A stretch of 64,000 bases of DNA from the human T2T-CHM13v2.0 reference genome, Homo sapiens. Of the stretch, positions 1-14,999 are shown piece by piece. The stretch is taken from the NCBI RefSeq assembly GCF_009914755.1, contig NC_060945.1; one strand, given 5' to 3'. Positions within the stretch are counted from its first letter, which is position 1, and the number at the start of each line of letters is the position of its first letter. The notes under the pieces are model-generated. The model saw only the letters and a list, made by a program, of their open reading frames with translations. It made no database searches and was not told the DNA's origin. A program made the position numbers and the translations under genes.

Positions 1-91
1 ATGTAATAAAGGCAGATATCAATACTGTTCATATGGATAGCATATTCCTCCGAATTGCTTCCACTAATATGTTCTTCTAATAAGGCCCATT

Positions 92-397
92 TCTTTTTTT
101 TATTTTTATTTATTTTTGAAAGAGTCTCATTCTGTCGCCCCAGGCTATAGCGCACTGGTACAATCTCGGCTCCCTGCAACCTCTGCCTCCTGAGTTCAAG
201 CGATTCTCTTGTCTCAGCCTCCTGAGTAGCTGGGATTACAGGCACGTACCGCCATGCCTGGCTAATTTTTATATTTTTAGTAGAGATGGGGTTTTACCAT
301 GTTGGCCACGCTGGTTCAAACTCCTGACCTCAAGTGATCCTCCTGTCTTGGTCTCCCTAAGTGCTGGGATCACAGGCGTGAGCCACTGCACCTGGCC
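92..397 (-). mobile_element. Alu (AluS-type)
   Basis: T-rich tail followed by the reverse complement of a full dimeric Alu ending ...gagccactgcacctggcc. Confidence 0.95.
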
Positions 398-564
398 AAG
401 TCTCATTTCTTAATGGAATTAATCTTGTTAAACAACTTTTGACATTATATCATTGACTTAGATTGACAGTTAAAAACAACCCAGCCCTTTTGTTAACATT
501 ATGTATCTAAAATAGGCAGGGTGTGGAATATCTATTGATTTTGGAAGATTACTAGTGTGGACGT

Positions 565-760
565 CATTAGTACTGTTTTTCCAGTTTTCCAACTCAAAGG
601 GTACATACTAGGATTGCATTTCCTAGTCCCTTGGGCTTGGGTGGGGGTATGTGCTGGTTCTAGCCAATGAAGTGGAGGTGATTCTGACATATGTCACTCT
701 CCAGAGATCTCAGTTCCCTAATATCACTAGCATTGTTATCAGTGCCAGAACAAGCTGTTC
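565..760 (+). mobile_element. MLT1-type MaLR LTR fragment (old, MLT1H/I/J-like)
   Basis: ggattgcatttcctagtccc...gtgctggttctagccaatgaagtgga...tgtcactctcc resembles old MLT1 LTRs; boundaries approximate. Confidence 0.5.
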
Positions 761-1514
761 ATTTTTGAATAAATACATTTTTCTGTTACATGAATACTGC
801 AAGTCATGTAAATGATCTTGTTTACAACTTTGTTTTGATTGCTAGGAGGTTTAGGGTCAAAATTACGGGTCTTCCATTGGCAATTAGTCAGGAGCACAGG
901 GCATACATTTTTCATGTGCTAATGTCATCCAGCTTTATGTTTTTGTTATCTAGTTTTCTCCTTTGTGCCAATTCCCCTCCCTTTTAAAAACATTTATTAG
1001 TTTGTTTCAAATATATTTTTCCAGGCAGCTCCAATTCTTTATAGAATAAAGATATTACAAATAAACAAATAATCATGATTGGGACAAGTCAAATAATTTT
1101 TCCCCATATAAACGAGTGGAATTCTTCAGATCTGATGTAGCTGAGTTGGGTTAGAGTAATGAAAAAAAGTTTCCAACAAAACAGTTTTCCCCCCCTACCT
1201 CTAATGATCACCATTGTTAGTTAATTCTAATCTACATTGTTACAGAATTAATTATAAGAACTCAAAAGACATCAATACCAAAAGACTTAAGCTCCTGCAT
1301 ACTTATGAAATTCCATTCCATCTAGATAACATAATCCTTAAATCAGCAGCGGGGGAGTGTCTTGTACCTATTGTAAATGCTTTCTCCGTATCATGCTACT
1401 GTACATGGAAATGCCACAAGACTATTCCATTGTTCCAGTAGCTAAAAAATAATTACTGCTTTATTTTATTTGCAGTAAATGGGTCATCAGAAGGCAGAAT
1501 AAAAACTCAATGCC

Positions 1515-1846
<332 letters not shown>

Positions 1847-3104
1847 CCTCACTGCCAGCTGCCTCTTGAAAGGACAATTCTAAGGCCCTACTGTTAACTG
1901 TTATCAATATATCCTGGGACACAGTCATTGCTCATTGACAGCAGTGATCCCACATTGGTCCAGCTGCTTTCTGGAGTTTTTGCCACAGAACACTCATGAC
2001 CTTGTTCACAGTAGTATTGACCTTCTTAGTCTAGCCTAGTTGTTCTTGGCAATGATGATCTCTTAGATCTTGATGGGTGAAGTTATCATGTACGGCCTGA
2101 GCAGCACCAAGGCCATATTTTAGTTTGTCTTGTGAGTCCTCAATGAAGTCTAGGTAAAGATGACCAGGACGTAGCTCATAGGGGTCTAATGGCTGTGGTT
2201 GTTGACAGAGTCATTCTACAAAATACAGGGAAAGTCTTTGGCTCAGAATCTTCCAACCACACATGGAGTTATCTTAAGAAGCCTGGACCATATTTCAGTC
2301 TGATCATTTCCTGGAAGGCAATGCAGAGCTATGGAGACAGCAATGAAAAATTCCTCTCCACAAATTCTCAGCAACCATCACTAAGGGAAATCCATATGCC
2401 ACACATAATTGGTCTGCTGCTACTATTGTGGTAACAGAAACTCAAAATGGAACCTGGAGTGCTACTGAGCAACTTTGAGGTGTTCTTGTAATATTTATAT
2501 GGTTTTTTATTACTGCTTTTTTTCCATTGAAAAATAGGTATCTTAGAAGTTTATACTGACTAAGCCGAAGTGTATTTCTCTTTTTATAGCCTTTCTCAAT
2601 ATCAGGATAAATTCTAAACCACCAGACATGGTTTGTAATCAATAATTTCAAGTGAATAACTTCCAAATGTGTGAACATGCAATGTGGCTAAAATAATGGT
2701 TTTACCTCAAGATAGAAATAAGGTATTTTTGGCACAGGAGTCTTCAGAAAACCAGGTGAATGATATCAAGTCTCCGAGCAGCAATTTTAAGATGAAAGTT
2801 TGAGCTTCAGTGTGTAGCTCTTTTTTATTTGCTAACTGTAATATTTTAGGCTGCATCTATACTATCCTCTGAGCCAGATGCCTCTTTGGCCATGCAATTT
2901 TTAATGGTGGTCATCAGTAGAACAAGATGGATATAAGACAGTCTTTAGACCAGTGTTTATTGCTATAGAAAGTACATTCATGCCACATTGAATGATTATA
3001 GCTTACATCTACAAAAGTAATAGTGGAATATACAGAAAATAGCATTTGACACCAGAAAAATCCTGATATACAGAAAGATATCCATCTACTTATGGAGGGG
3101 ACCA

Positions 3105-3536
3105 AATAATGGTTCTCTAAAGATGTCTACGTCCTAATTCCAGAACCAATGGAATATGTTCCTTTACCTGGAGATGGATTTTACAGATGTGAATAAATGA
3201 AAGATTTTGAGATGGGGAGATTTCTCTGAATTATCTAGGTAGGCCCAATGTAGTCACAATGAAAACAGCAGGGTCTTAAGGCAGAGAAGGTGTAAATGGG
3301 AATGCGTAAATAGAAGGAGAGAGAAAGATGGAGTGTGATGCGGGGCCACAAGACAAGGAATGAGGACGGCCTCTGTGAGTAAGAAAAGGCAAGAAGTTGG
3401 ATTTTCCCCAGAAGTTTCCAAAAGGAAAGCAGACCTGCTAACAACATGATTTTAGATTTCTGATTTCTGTAACTGTAAACAAATATATTGTTAAAGCCAC
3501 TAAATTTGGCTTAAACAGCAATAGAAAACCAATACA
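3105..3536 (+). mobile_element. MLT1 (MLT1C/D-like) solo LTR
   Basis: aataatggttctctaaagatgtctacgtcctaattccagaacc...ttaaagccactaaatttgg...cagcaatagaaaaccaataca. Confidence 0.8.
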
Positions 3537-4623
3537 TCTCATTTTCTCATCTTTCTGTGATTATGGCATATGAAATCGCTGTAACCCTAACTCCAGTGAT
3601 TGGTACATTACTCCAGCTTTGGTAACGTCAAAAACATGTATCAAGAGGAAAAATTGACTTTTTTCATTTGAGGTTGACAACTTGCTAAGTTCCTCTGTTT
3701 CCCTCCATTCACTTACACGTGTTAACCACATGCATGTACACAGGTGATAAGCTAACCACAAGTCTAGGGTTTTTCCTTGGATTTGAAAACTGTGCTATAT
3801 GATGTATAAATCCAGCCCCTTTTTCTCCTGCCTCCAAGTTAAACTAAAGAAAAGCAAAAGATATTCCACAAAGAGTTGATGAATTAAATAACTGTACTAT
3901 TTGGAAGTTCTTCTCAGTGTTAACTCCTTTATAAGCTTCTCTCCTTAGAGGTATGGTCTGCAGGAGAAAGGAAGCTCATACTAATAGATATTAATAAAAG
4001 GAGTGCAAATCATTGGGGTTTAGTTTAGCTTGGAAGATGATCCTACTAGAAGAGCCAGATTGCATCACCCAGGTGCACAACAGATGAGATTATGCTATTT
4101 AAGGAGTGCAGACTGTTGAGAACAGAGCAGGAAAAGAAGTTTTCCCATGGCAGAATGAAATAGGCAATCTGGTAAACAGGAGAGAATGGAACTTTTGGGG
4201 CAATTACATGAAACTAAAAAATAACCTCTCTGCAACATCTAGGGAAAATTGGTGGAAAGATGATATGTAAGAGAGAATACGGAGGAAACAAATTTTAACA
4301 GCAAATTATTGAACAAAATCTAGAAGCTGGAAGGTAACAGAATATTTTGAATTATTATCTACCCCAGATGATTCAGTGTAATCTTTTTGCAACAAGCTTC
4401 TTTGATAATGATGTTAATGAAAACTATACCTCAAATTTGCTTGAAAGTCACCTTTTGAAGGAGAGACAGGGGTGCAGCCATTAAATGGTGATCTTGCTGG
4501 TCTCACGAGATCTCTATTGCCCAGTAAAGTCTTCATGAGTCTGGGGCCTGATCTTCAGCTTTTTGGGTGACTTGACTTTGTTAATTTATCTGAAAACTAT
4601 CAGGCTTAAAAAATAATTTATAT

Positions 4624-4796
4624 CAGTGTTTCTTAGTATATTATTAGAACCACCAAGAAACTTCTCCAAAATACCAATGCCTGAGCCTCATTCCTAAATA
4701 TTCTGATTTATTTTGTCTGGGATATGTTTCAGGCATTGATAGTTACTAAAAACTCCCCAGGTGATACTTATGTACAGCCAGTGCTGAGAACCACTG
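4624..4796. mobile_element. MER5A-like hAT-Charlie MITE
   Basis: Terminal CAGTG...CACTG, internal ctccccaggtgat...cagccagtgctgagaaccactg, perfect 8-bp TSD ATTTATAT (4616-4623 / 4797-4804). Confidence 0.85.
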
Positions 4797-5539
4797 ATTT
4801 ATATTAACCAAGCTCATATTTTTAAGCTACAACAATAATATTCACAGCGACTGCTTGCTGAGTGCCACAACACGATGTTCACTACAGTAATAGGTTATTG
4901 ACATTTAATTGGAGAGGAAGTGTTATTCCTAATTTATAGATTTTAGAGATAAAGCATAGTTATAGTATTTGAACCCAGGTTTGATTTCAATCTTGGGATC
5001 TTAGGACTTTATTAATTTCTTAATTGATAATAGGAGGTGCAAGTGGCAGGAAAATTAATAATTTGCACAAAATTCTGCTGGAGTTTGAGATCCCAAATAA
5101 AAGCATATGGTTATTTAAGACCAAAGTTAGAACCACAGGAGTCAAAGCTTTATCTTAAGTAGGATGCATCAATCCACCTGCCAGAGTTTGTTAAGTTTCC
5201 TGTCTACCCGTGAGGGAGCCTCCTGTATAAATGCTGGACTCAGCTGTGAAAGGCCCTTGGATGATGTTCCAGGGACTAGGAGGTGCTTAACTCACAGTTC
5301 TTCTTCTGTAAGAATTCAGACCTACCTTGATCTCCTATTATGACATCCCTGGAGATATTAGAATTAATTAGATACAGCTTTTCTTGTGATTTTGAATCCC
5401 TTTAGGTCACATTTGGAAAGAACTTTAATCTCCTTAATGGAGTAAGAAAGGATAGTTTCTAAAATTTGTAACAGATTTTTTTTGGCTAAAAGGGTATATT
5501 AGACATAATAGATATTTTTGCAATACATGTTATAATGAC

Positions 5540-6140
5540 AGTGGGGACAGATGTGGAGAGCTCTGCATGGCCTGCTAAGAAATGTGTCCTTTATTCTTAA
5601 TGCAACATCCAGGGTGGAGAGGGTGGCACTCAGCAATTTCAAACATGGAGGTATAAAATCAGATGTTTTACTCAGAATGACTAGTGTTTTAGACTATGCA
5701 GAGGATGGTTAGGAAATAGGAGGGGAAAGGAACTTGTGGCAGAGAGATCAATTATATTAGTGGAGAAGGAAGATGATGAGAGATAGAGAAAAGGAGATTG
5801 AATCTGAAACATATTCCGAGGGCAGAATCTCCACTGTTTGCTAACTAATGAATGTGAAAGGTGAGAGCAAGTAAGGTGGATTTCTTGGTTTCTGGCTGCA
5901 GTAATTGGATGAAATTTCTAGTTACCAAGAAAGGGACAGAGCAGGAGAAACTGGTTGGTTGGGGGAAGAACAAAGAGGATGCAAAGTGTTAATTCTAGCA
6001 TGGAAATGTAATTACATTAGGTGAGATCTCAGGGAGACTTGGTATGTTAGGCTGAGAGGAATCTTGGAAATCATTTTTATGATGTAGAGCAGGGAGTGAT
6101 GTCGTGATACAGAGTTGGAATTGGGAAGCCAGTTCTAAGA
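5540..6140 (-). mobile_element. L2 LINE fragment
   Basis: Purine-rich decayed sequence (ggtttctggctgcagtaattggatg..., agagcaggagaaactgg) typical of antisense L2; approximate limits. Confidence 0.55.
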
Positions 6141-7884
6141 ATTGTATCACACCTGTAGTTTTGCCTACACAAAAGACTACTGCTACTAATGACAATGATA
6201 ATCTCTAAGTGGAATATTTTATATATTGGTGCTGAGCTTAATGCCTTATATTTAATACATTGTCACATTTAAATTTTCTCAAATAATGTGACATATGTAC
6301 TAATACATTCCCTTTTTAGAGAAGTGGAAAATAATGAATCACCTGAACCTTCACTAAATAATGATCTCGTCTAACACATTAGAGTTTTTAATGATATTGT
6401 AATTCCCATTTCACCCTAGAAGATTCTTTGGCACATAGAACTCTACGGGCCAAAAAAAAAAATCTGGCACATAATTTGGCTGGATAAATGATGAAAGTTA
6501 CATTTCATAGGATTACCCTTATAGCAGAGAGGATTTGGCTAACAGTCATGGGAAAAGTAGGAAGGAAGGATCCTTTTGATAAGATCTTGCATTTATGAAG
6601 TATTGAGGAAGTAGATAAGGTTAACCTAGCAAAGTAATTTTTAAACCACTTTAGTATGCAGGCTTCTTTAGAAAATCTGACGGACACTACAAACCCTTTT
6701 CCACAAAAAAGGCACACCCAAGAGCATGCACCTTCCTACAATTTTGAATAAAGCTGAAGTTTGTTGATCCAATAGGCTTAAGATGTGCCCTGACATACAT
6801 ATCTTCAAATACTTTTAACAGTTTCTTCTAAAGTTCCCCTGCTTCCACTGCAAGGAAAATTTTTCTTATCTCCTACTATAGTCAAAAGTTGATATAACCG
6901 GGATTAAGCATTAGAGCATTTTTGAAGCATATGCATATATGGTTTTTCTCGCTTCCCAATTCAGGTTGAAGCAAATCTAAGTCCTTTCTTAAACTGACTT
7001 TTTGGAGGCCTTTGAGAATCCTCAAATGGATATCCTGGACACTAAGAATATGGGCAAATTGCACACACCTTTAGTAAATTGTTGGTTATCCACAAAGGTC
7101 AATTAATTCTTGTATACATTTAATAATATACTCGTAACTATGAACCGCTCCGTACAACTAAAACTAACTATGTGTTCAGGGAATATAAATAGATTTTAAT
7201 ATCAGCCTGAGAGAAACATAATTACGATGAGAATGTACCGCCAAAGTAATTATATAACATACTACAAATTATCATCAAATTAGTATAAATTGAGATTCAT
7301 CATCATTACATTGTCAGGATTTATCCAAAGTAATGAACTTATCAATTAACTGGCTCAAAGACTATCAAAGGACTGGAGAAACTTTAAGAAAGAATGAACT
7401 GCTTAATTAATTTCCCATTTCTTTGAAAGCCTACTAAGTACAAGCAAGTTCTTTATATCTAAACGCTAGTAAGAGGATTCTTGGTCACGTGTATGCATGG
7501 AAGCTCAGAGCTGATGGAAATATTAGCAAGCTTTGATAATTTTGTTTACAGATGAGGTCACTGAGTTGAAGAGGCATCAACAGAATTTCTCAAAGTTGCC
7601 TGTTTACAGGATGTGAGCAACATGGGTGATGTGAACATCATACTCTGATCTGAAATTCCAGACCTGTCACTGAGTGTGTGACCTGAAGCCTCATTTTCCT
7701 CATCTATGACAAAGACTATTTTGAGAGGATAAAAAGAAATCATTCCAGTCAAACACGTAGCATATTATGCATGCAGTAAATACCAGATAAATGGTAGTTA
7801 TTTTTTTCTGTTAGGGAAAAAGCAGAATTTGCAAATGGGTCTCCCAACTTTCAGTCTAAGATTCTAATCACAGTCCCTCACTGG

Positions 7885-7957
7885 CAGGAACATACCTATA
7901 TAAAAAACCTGCACATGTACCCCTGAACTGAAAACAAAAGTGAAAAATAAATAAATA
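7885..7957 (+). mobile_element. L1 (L1PA/PB) extreme 3' end fragment
   Basis: acctatataaaaaacctgcacatgtacccctgaactgaaaacaaaagtg plus an A-rich tail. Confidence 0.7.
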
Positions 7958-8262
<305 letters not shown>

Positions 8263-8724
8263 GTTTATTAATTAAAAAAAGAAAGTAACTTGATGGTATT
8301 AGGCCAATTTGCAAGCACTGGATAATTTTACACTTGTTACATTCATTTTCAAGGTCTCTTTTTGCCTTAATCGGGCAGAGATTTGGGTTTTTATTCTTGT
8401 TGTTGCTTCCACTGTTGTATCTCCAACACCTTCAATCAGTGCTCAACAAATAAGTATTGAATAAAAAAATAAATTTCTCTATGATATCCCTACCACATTC
8501 TCTACTGGGCCATTGGACATTTGATACAATTCACATTTCTTAAGGAATTGTGTAAAGCTAGACATGATTAGATGTTTGAGAATAAAATGAAACACCTTCG
8601 TTCAAGAAGTGCAAGGCTTAACTAAAATACGTTTCAGGTTGCAATAAGACGAGAATCAGTTGACATCTTGTTGTACACAACAGTAGCAGAAGAGGTTACA
8701 TTTTTTTTCCTTTCAAAGCCTCAG

Positions 8725-8895
8725 ATAAGTTTTAAATCCCAGACCTGCCACTTGCTAGCTTTGTGACCTTGGGCAAGTTACAAAATCTCTCTGGGCTCTG
8801 TCAGTTTCTTCTATCCAGAATGTTCTCATAAAAATTAAATGACTGATGCATTTAAGCTGCTTAGCACAGTGCCAGCATACGGTACGTGTTCAGTA
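8725..8895 (+). mobile_element. MIR SINE
   Basis: aatcccagacctgccacttgctagctttgtgaccttgggcaagtta...cttagcacagtgcc: MIR core. Confidence 0.8.
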
Positions 8896-9924
8896 TAAAA
8901 TGGCCCCTGAGGTCTTCGGCCTTTTCTATGTATTTATGATGAAAAAAATGATTGACTTATAGATCTGACTTAGTGGGCACATGTTTACCATCCCTTAGCA
9001 TAGTGTGCCATGCTTGACTTGATGTTTTCTATAGTGAGAGATCACAGCTGATGGTTGCTTCTGTCTTATCTAAGCAAGGGATGAAACCAATTTAAGCATC
9101 TCTGTTTGCCATCATTACAGCCACTGAGCACAACATATATGAGGAGAGAATCAATGCACAAAATTATTTGATTAACTAGCATTGTCATTGCACTTTCTAG
9201 CAGAGGAAGACCAGGCATTAAACAAACAAACAAAAAGCCATTTTCTTCTTTGCCTTGTTTTTATGTTAATTGAAAGAGATTTAAAAAAAAGTGGGTTGGG
9301 GGTGGAGAAAAAAGCAAAAGCATGCAAATGTTGACAGGAGAAAATGCAATATAGCTGTACAAACTATTTTGGTGCTAAATGTTTTATGCAGACTAATGGC
9401 TCAATTATAGCTAAATATTCATTGCCACTAGTGTTGTGGGAGAAAAAATCTCCCTCAATTTGTTCATGTAAAGGAGAGGGCAGGTTTTCTGAGTGGGAAA
9501 CAGCATGTTCATGCTCACCTGCTGGCCATTCTCCAGCTCAGGAAATTGGCCCAGCCCCCAGGGAGCTTCCCATTGAATGGAGCAAGACAGTGCCATCTTG
9601 CTTTTCATCAGAGAACCATTAGGAATGGGTGCCTGAAATAGCGATTTGCTCACTCAATCCTACTATAGATTTAAAAGTGACTAGGCAGTTCTCCAAAGAG
9701 CCAAATTTATTTTCAGGAAGTGAAATCACAGGCTCAAATGCATTACGGTTTCTTAATAGTATAGGATTTCATAGTTGAACAAAGCCTTTCTTTCAGGTAA
9801 CAGGCACGGAGGAGCAACTCACCCAAATGTGCTTGGCAGAGATGAGAGTATAGCAGACTCAGTGGGGTAGAAGAAAATATGACTTTGGGGATGATTTACT
9901 GAAAGAATCTAGAACAGTTCTTGG

Positions 9925-10420
9925 CTCATTCATTCGTTTGGTTCATTTATTCATTCAACAGAGCTGTACTGAACACTCGTTGTGTGTCAAATGTAGTAGG
10001 TGCTAGGGATTTGGGGGAAAAGGACAAAGAAGGCTTCTGTCCTCTTGGAACTTACAGTGTAGTAAAGGATATGGACAACACATGAGTAAATGTCTTAATT
10101 CACTATGATTTTTATTGTGGTGATAGAGCAAACTAAGTAGAGTGAAGGGATATAGAGAATGAGAAGGGAGCTTCCTCTCTTTTATCTCTTAAGAGATATT
10201 CATGAAGACTTAGGTGGGAATGACTGGGAATTTAGAATGTTCCAGGATTTGGCAACCGCAAGTGCAAAGGCTATGATGTGGGGAGAAAAGGCTGTGTCAC
10301 GTGGCCAGAAAGGATGCCTCTGAAATGGAGCATCGGATACTGGAGGCCAGCAAGAGGAGAAAGAGGCCAGGTCAGGTCATGCGGCCTTGGTGTTTTCTAT
10401 TTAAGTGTATGCTCAGTATA
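9925..10420 (-). mobile_element. L2 3' end fragment
   Basis: attcattcaacagagctgtactgaacactc...ggtgctaggg...tgtcctcttggaacttacagtgtag. Confidence 0.75.
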
Positions 10421-11374
10421 TGGTAGATAAAATTGGCTTCAATTTTCAATTGCAAAAGAGGAATAATGCCAATCATATTAAAAGTTATTTGGTCACTTAA
10501 ATGAGATGGTTGCTTAGCACCCAGCATCCTGCTAGGTACAAGTTGAGAATTCCATAGGTAGAGCTTTCTTGCCCTTTGCTTCATTCTTTAAATTCACCTC
10601 CTTTCAGCCACTCCCTCAGTAAAATCACACTCAGTATGAATGAGGGTGTATATGAAGGATAAACAGCGAAGAGTCGGCGAAAGAGTAGTTGGACTTGGGG
10701 AAATGAGAGTGAGGAGGAGCAATGGTTTCCACATTGAAGGCAGGTTAAGGAGAGAGCAGCATCTTTTCAAAGCATCAGGACCCTGCTGCGAGGTGGTGGG
10801 TGGGTAAGTTGGGGAGAGGACACATGCGACCTTCTGGTTTATGGAAATTTTCCAACTGTAGAAATTCATGAAGAAAGTTCATATGAAAGCCCTATCTTCT
10901 GTAGCCTAATCAAGTCTTGACATTCAAATTTCAAATGAATTTTGGGGAAATAACTTCTCAGATTTTCATCATATAGTACTTGTTCAATATGAATAGAAAT
11001 AATTACTTTGCTGGAGTAATTAGCATGCCCAAGAATAACTATAGACTTTTCCCCAATTTTTGCTTTTAGATAAATGTTAAATATCTTTAAAGTGCCTTTG
11101 ATTTCTTCTTTTCTGAAGAATCATTAAAAGGTGGGAAAATATGATAAAGGTGCAGGGAAATGCAGGACAATGATGGAAAACGCACATAAAGAGGGTACCA
11201 CATTGACCTGGCAGAGAAATGTTCTTGGCAGTGATTTCAGCTACCAGAAAAGTAAAAGCTATTAATACTGATCTTATCTAAAGAAGACCAGCAGCATATG
11301 GCTGTGTTTTTTCCAGACATTTCTGAAAGCCTACTTCAGAATAGTCATCCATTCTGCTTGGGGGCCCTTCAGAG

Positions 11375-11600
11375 TAAAGTGAGCACACAGGCTCTGAGAT
11401 CAGGCAGTCTGGAGACCACATGGCAGCCTAGCCAGGCTCAGAGAATGACCTTATATGGGTCACTTATCCTGTCTGAGCGTCAGTTGCCTCACCTCGAAAG
11501 TGAGAATAAGAAACTCACCTCAGGGGGTTGTTTGAGATTGATGCTATGATCATGTAGGATGCCACACACCTTTGTTGGCACCTCTTAGGACCCTCAGTAA
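11375..11600 (+). mobile_element. MIR SINE (degenerate)
   Basis: gagcacacaggctctgagatcaggcagtctgg...gaccttatatgggtcacttatcctgtctgagcgtcagttgcctcacct. Confidence 0.65.
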
Positions 11601-12775
11601 AAGAGGTAAGTCTCCTTCCTTTCCTTTCCTTGGGTAGAAGGATTAGTGGAATGGCAGCCAGAATCAGGACCCAGAACTCCTGAGTCCTCAGCCTCCCTAG
11701 GGAATCTCTTAGCAGACAAGTCTCTTTCTACAGTTTTTTCTCCAGGGCAAATGGAGCAAGTTAAGCTGGATCACATAGAGTGCTTGGGCCTTACTTTGAC
11801 CAGAACAGAAAAGTTCTGATGTCTCCAATATCCCGTTTCAAGCACAGCAGCCTCTGGAGGTTCCAATGAAGCCCCATTAAGCTGACCTGAGTCCTCTGTA
11901 GTTATTCCAAAAAGCGCAATTGCCCTTTTACATGCAATACGGTAGGAATTTCATGATAGGACCTTTAAAAAAGGGTTCTTATCTGCAAAATATTTGCAGA
12001 TTATTAGTCTAGAACGAAAACTGGATAAGCCATCTCTTTAGTGTCTTCCTCCAAGCCTCACAGCCACTCTTAACACTAAAATGATTAGGAAAAGCAAACA
12101 TAGGCCAAAACATGATAAGAGAGAGGATAGAGAGAAAAATGTCTGTGTCAGTGGTTGGTACAAAGCTGAACTAATCCTACTCCCCGCTGTACCAGCTAGA
12201 CATTTCTTGAGAGTGCCATTCTTGGATATTTTGCTTTTGTTTTTGTTTTAATTGTCCTTTGAATGATGTAATCCCCAGGCTACTAGGAAAGAGCTACTTC
12301 TATCAAAGGAACTTCAAGTCCAAATTTAGTGAAATAGAAGAGAAAATCTAGCAGCCCTTCCCTGCCGCCACCATACACTGTTCTTGCCTATTCCAGACCT
12401 GCCTTTGGGAGAGATGTGGCCAGTTATGTGAGACAAATGAGTATCTAGCAAAGAGAAGTCTCATCAGCAAATCATTCTCTTAAATGTAACAGAAGTCCTC
12501 AGCCTCTGTTACAACAGGCCCCTGGGAAGGGATTCTTCTTTGCCTTTTGAGGGCTACACATAAATCTGGGTGTTTTTCTCAGTTCTGACCCACACACTTC
12601 ATTACACCCTTTAATGAACTGTATTAACATTCTTAAATGAAGCCTTATGATAAAGGATTACTGATTGCATTTACTTACCTTTAAAGTTCTTCAGTTGTTG
12701 ACACTACTGCCACATGCTTACTTGCTTTATTGAGAGGAAATTTTAATATCTAAAGATTTGTTAATGTAACTATAA

Positions 12776-13220
<445 letters not shown>

Positions 13221-13734
13221 ACTCCAACTTTAAATAGAATTTTTTTTTTTTTTTTTACTCTAATCATCCAGCACATAATAGAAACATTTGGTCAACTTTT
13301 TTGACTGCTGATGTTCAGTGCAAGTAAAAACTCAATTCTGAACTCAACGGCTGCATGGAGGTGCTCTGCAAGTGTGAGATGGAGCACCAGAGAGTCAGGC
13401 CAGATGATTATTTGAAGAGAGCTCTTCCTAGTGATTCAAAATTCCACAGTTCTGCATTCCTGCGAAGGGGTTTATCTACTTATGAAATTACTGGCCCTTA
13501 CCAATCAACAACATAGCAACCCCAGACCTTTAAACAAAGGAGTGCAATACAGCTTGTGTTATTTTAGATAAAAACTTTGCCTATGCCACAATAATGACTT
13601 AAATATAAAGAGATGGCCGGCAGACCACATAAATATAACCTGGATATTTTTTCTTTCTCCCAAATTCAATCATCTGATCTTTTATTAATGCTTCTATTTT
13701 AAACGTCTCACTAGCCTTTCCAGATGTGTATTAC

Positions 13735-13862
13735 AAGATGTTTAGCAGTACCCACTAGTTGCCAGTAGAGTGCCCTGTTCCAAATATGACCCCCCAAAAT
13801 GTCTTCAGACATTGCTCTAAGTTTCCAGAGGGCAAAATCACTCTGGGGTGAGAAGCACCAGT
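13735..13862 (+). mobile_element. MER20 hAT fragment
   Basis: tacccactagttgccagtag...aaaatgtcttcagacattgc...gggcaaaatcactctggggtgagaagcac matches the MER20 3' half. Confidence 0.75.
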
Positions 13863-13891
13863 CTGCGCTTTGTTTCTAATTCTGAATTTAC

Positions 13892-14168
<277 letters not shown>

Positions 14169-14497
14169 TAAACTTAAGACCAAGTGCTCAGAAATTATTA
14201 TTCTGTTGTTATTATTCTTTTTTTTTGAACATTACTCATGTCTTCATTTATATAGGATTTCACAATTTACCAAATATTTCTATCCACATTATCTGTGGAG
14301 ACTAACACATAGCAGTTTATTGTCTAGAACAAATTAGAAGAAAGAGGCATCTTTTCTGTAACTGTCCCTGTATACCTTTTTTATTGTGTTTGCAATCCTG
14401 CATGTTTGACAAAAAGGTCTTGCCATGAGGAAGATGTATTTAGGACAAGTCAGGCATTGTGGAAATGAAATCTGGCACAGTCTTTTCAAGAGACATA

Positions 14498-14516
14498 AGA
14501 GAGAGAGAGAGAGAGA
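14498..14516. repeat. (GA)n microsatellite
   Basis: Direct reading. Confidence 0.9.
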
Positions 14517-14817
14517 TGTTTAATCACCTCAAAATGATGTCCTTCTCTCATCTTCAGCTGGTAGGAGTCACATACCACTCGGTCCACCCATAGAAACACA
14601 CATTTACAACTAAACACTCACATTATGGCTTCAATGAAGCCCCATGAACTCTCTGAGCCCCTTGCCTGTTTAAAAGGGCTCTGAAAATTATAATCTTTAG
14701 CATAAACGGGACTGCTGCAGTTTTATTATGCTGCATTAAGTGAAAACTAGATGGCATTTTTGAAAAATAGAAAATAACATTTATCCCACACCTCCACCTC
14801 CTCCCTAGCCCTCTTAC

Positions 14818-14999
14818 CTGCTTAAGGATTTCAGCGGCTGTTTCATGTGAACAATCAAATATCACATAGAACTCCTTGCCTTTCTTCATCTCCTTGAGTA
14901 AAGGCTTGGCATCTTTATTCCCAGAGGGCAGCTGGCGGATTTTGATTTTAATATTATATCTGGAGGGAGCTTTGATGAGCTCTTGTAGACGAATTAGAC
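14818..14999 (-). CDS. GRIK1: GRIK1 internal coding exon, likely exon 4
   Basis: Acceptor cattttctag|GT CTA ATT; encodes (G)[60 protein letters not shown]; donor CAG|gtaaga. 182 nt, phase 1-0. Confidence 0.97.

Noticed and set aside
2098-2120. Possible REST/RE1 site (GCAGCACCAAGGCCAT)
   Set aside because: Only the left half CAGCACC matches; the GGACAG right half is poor.
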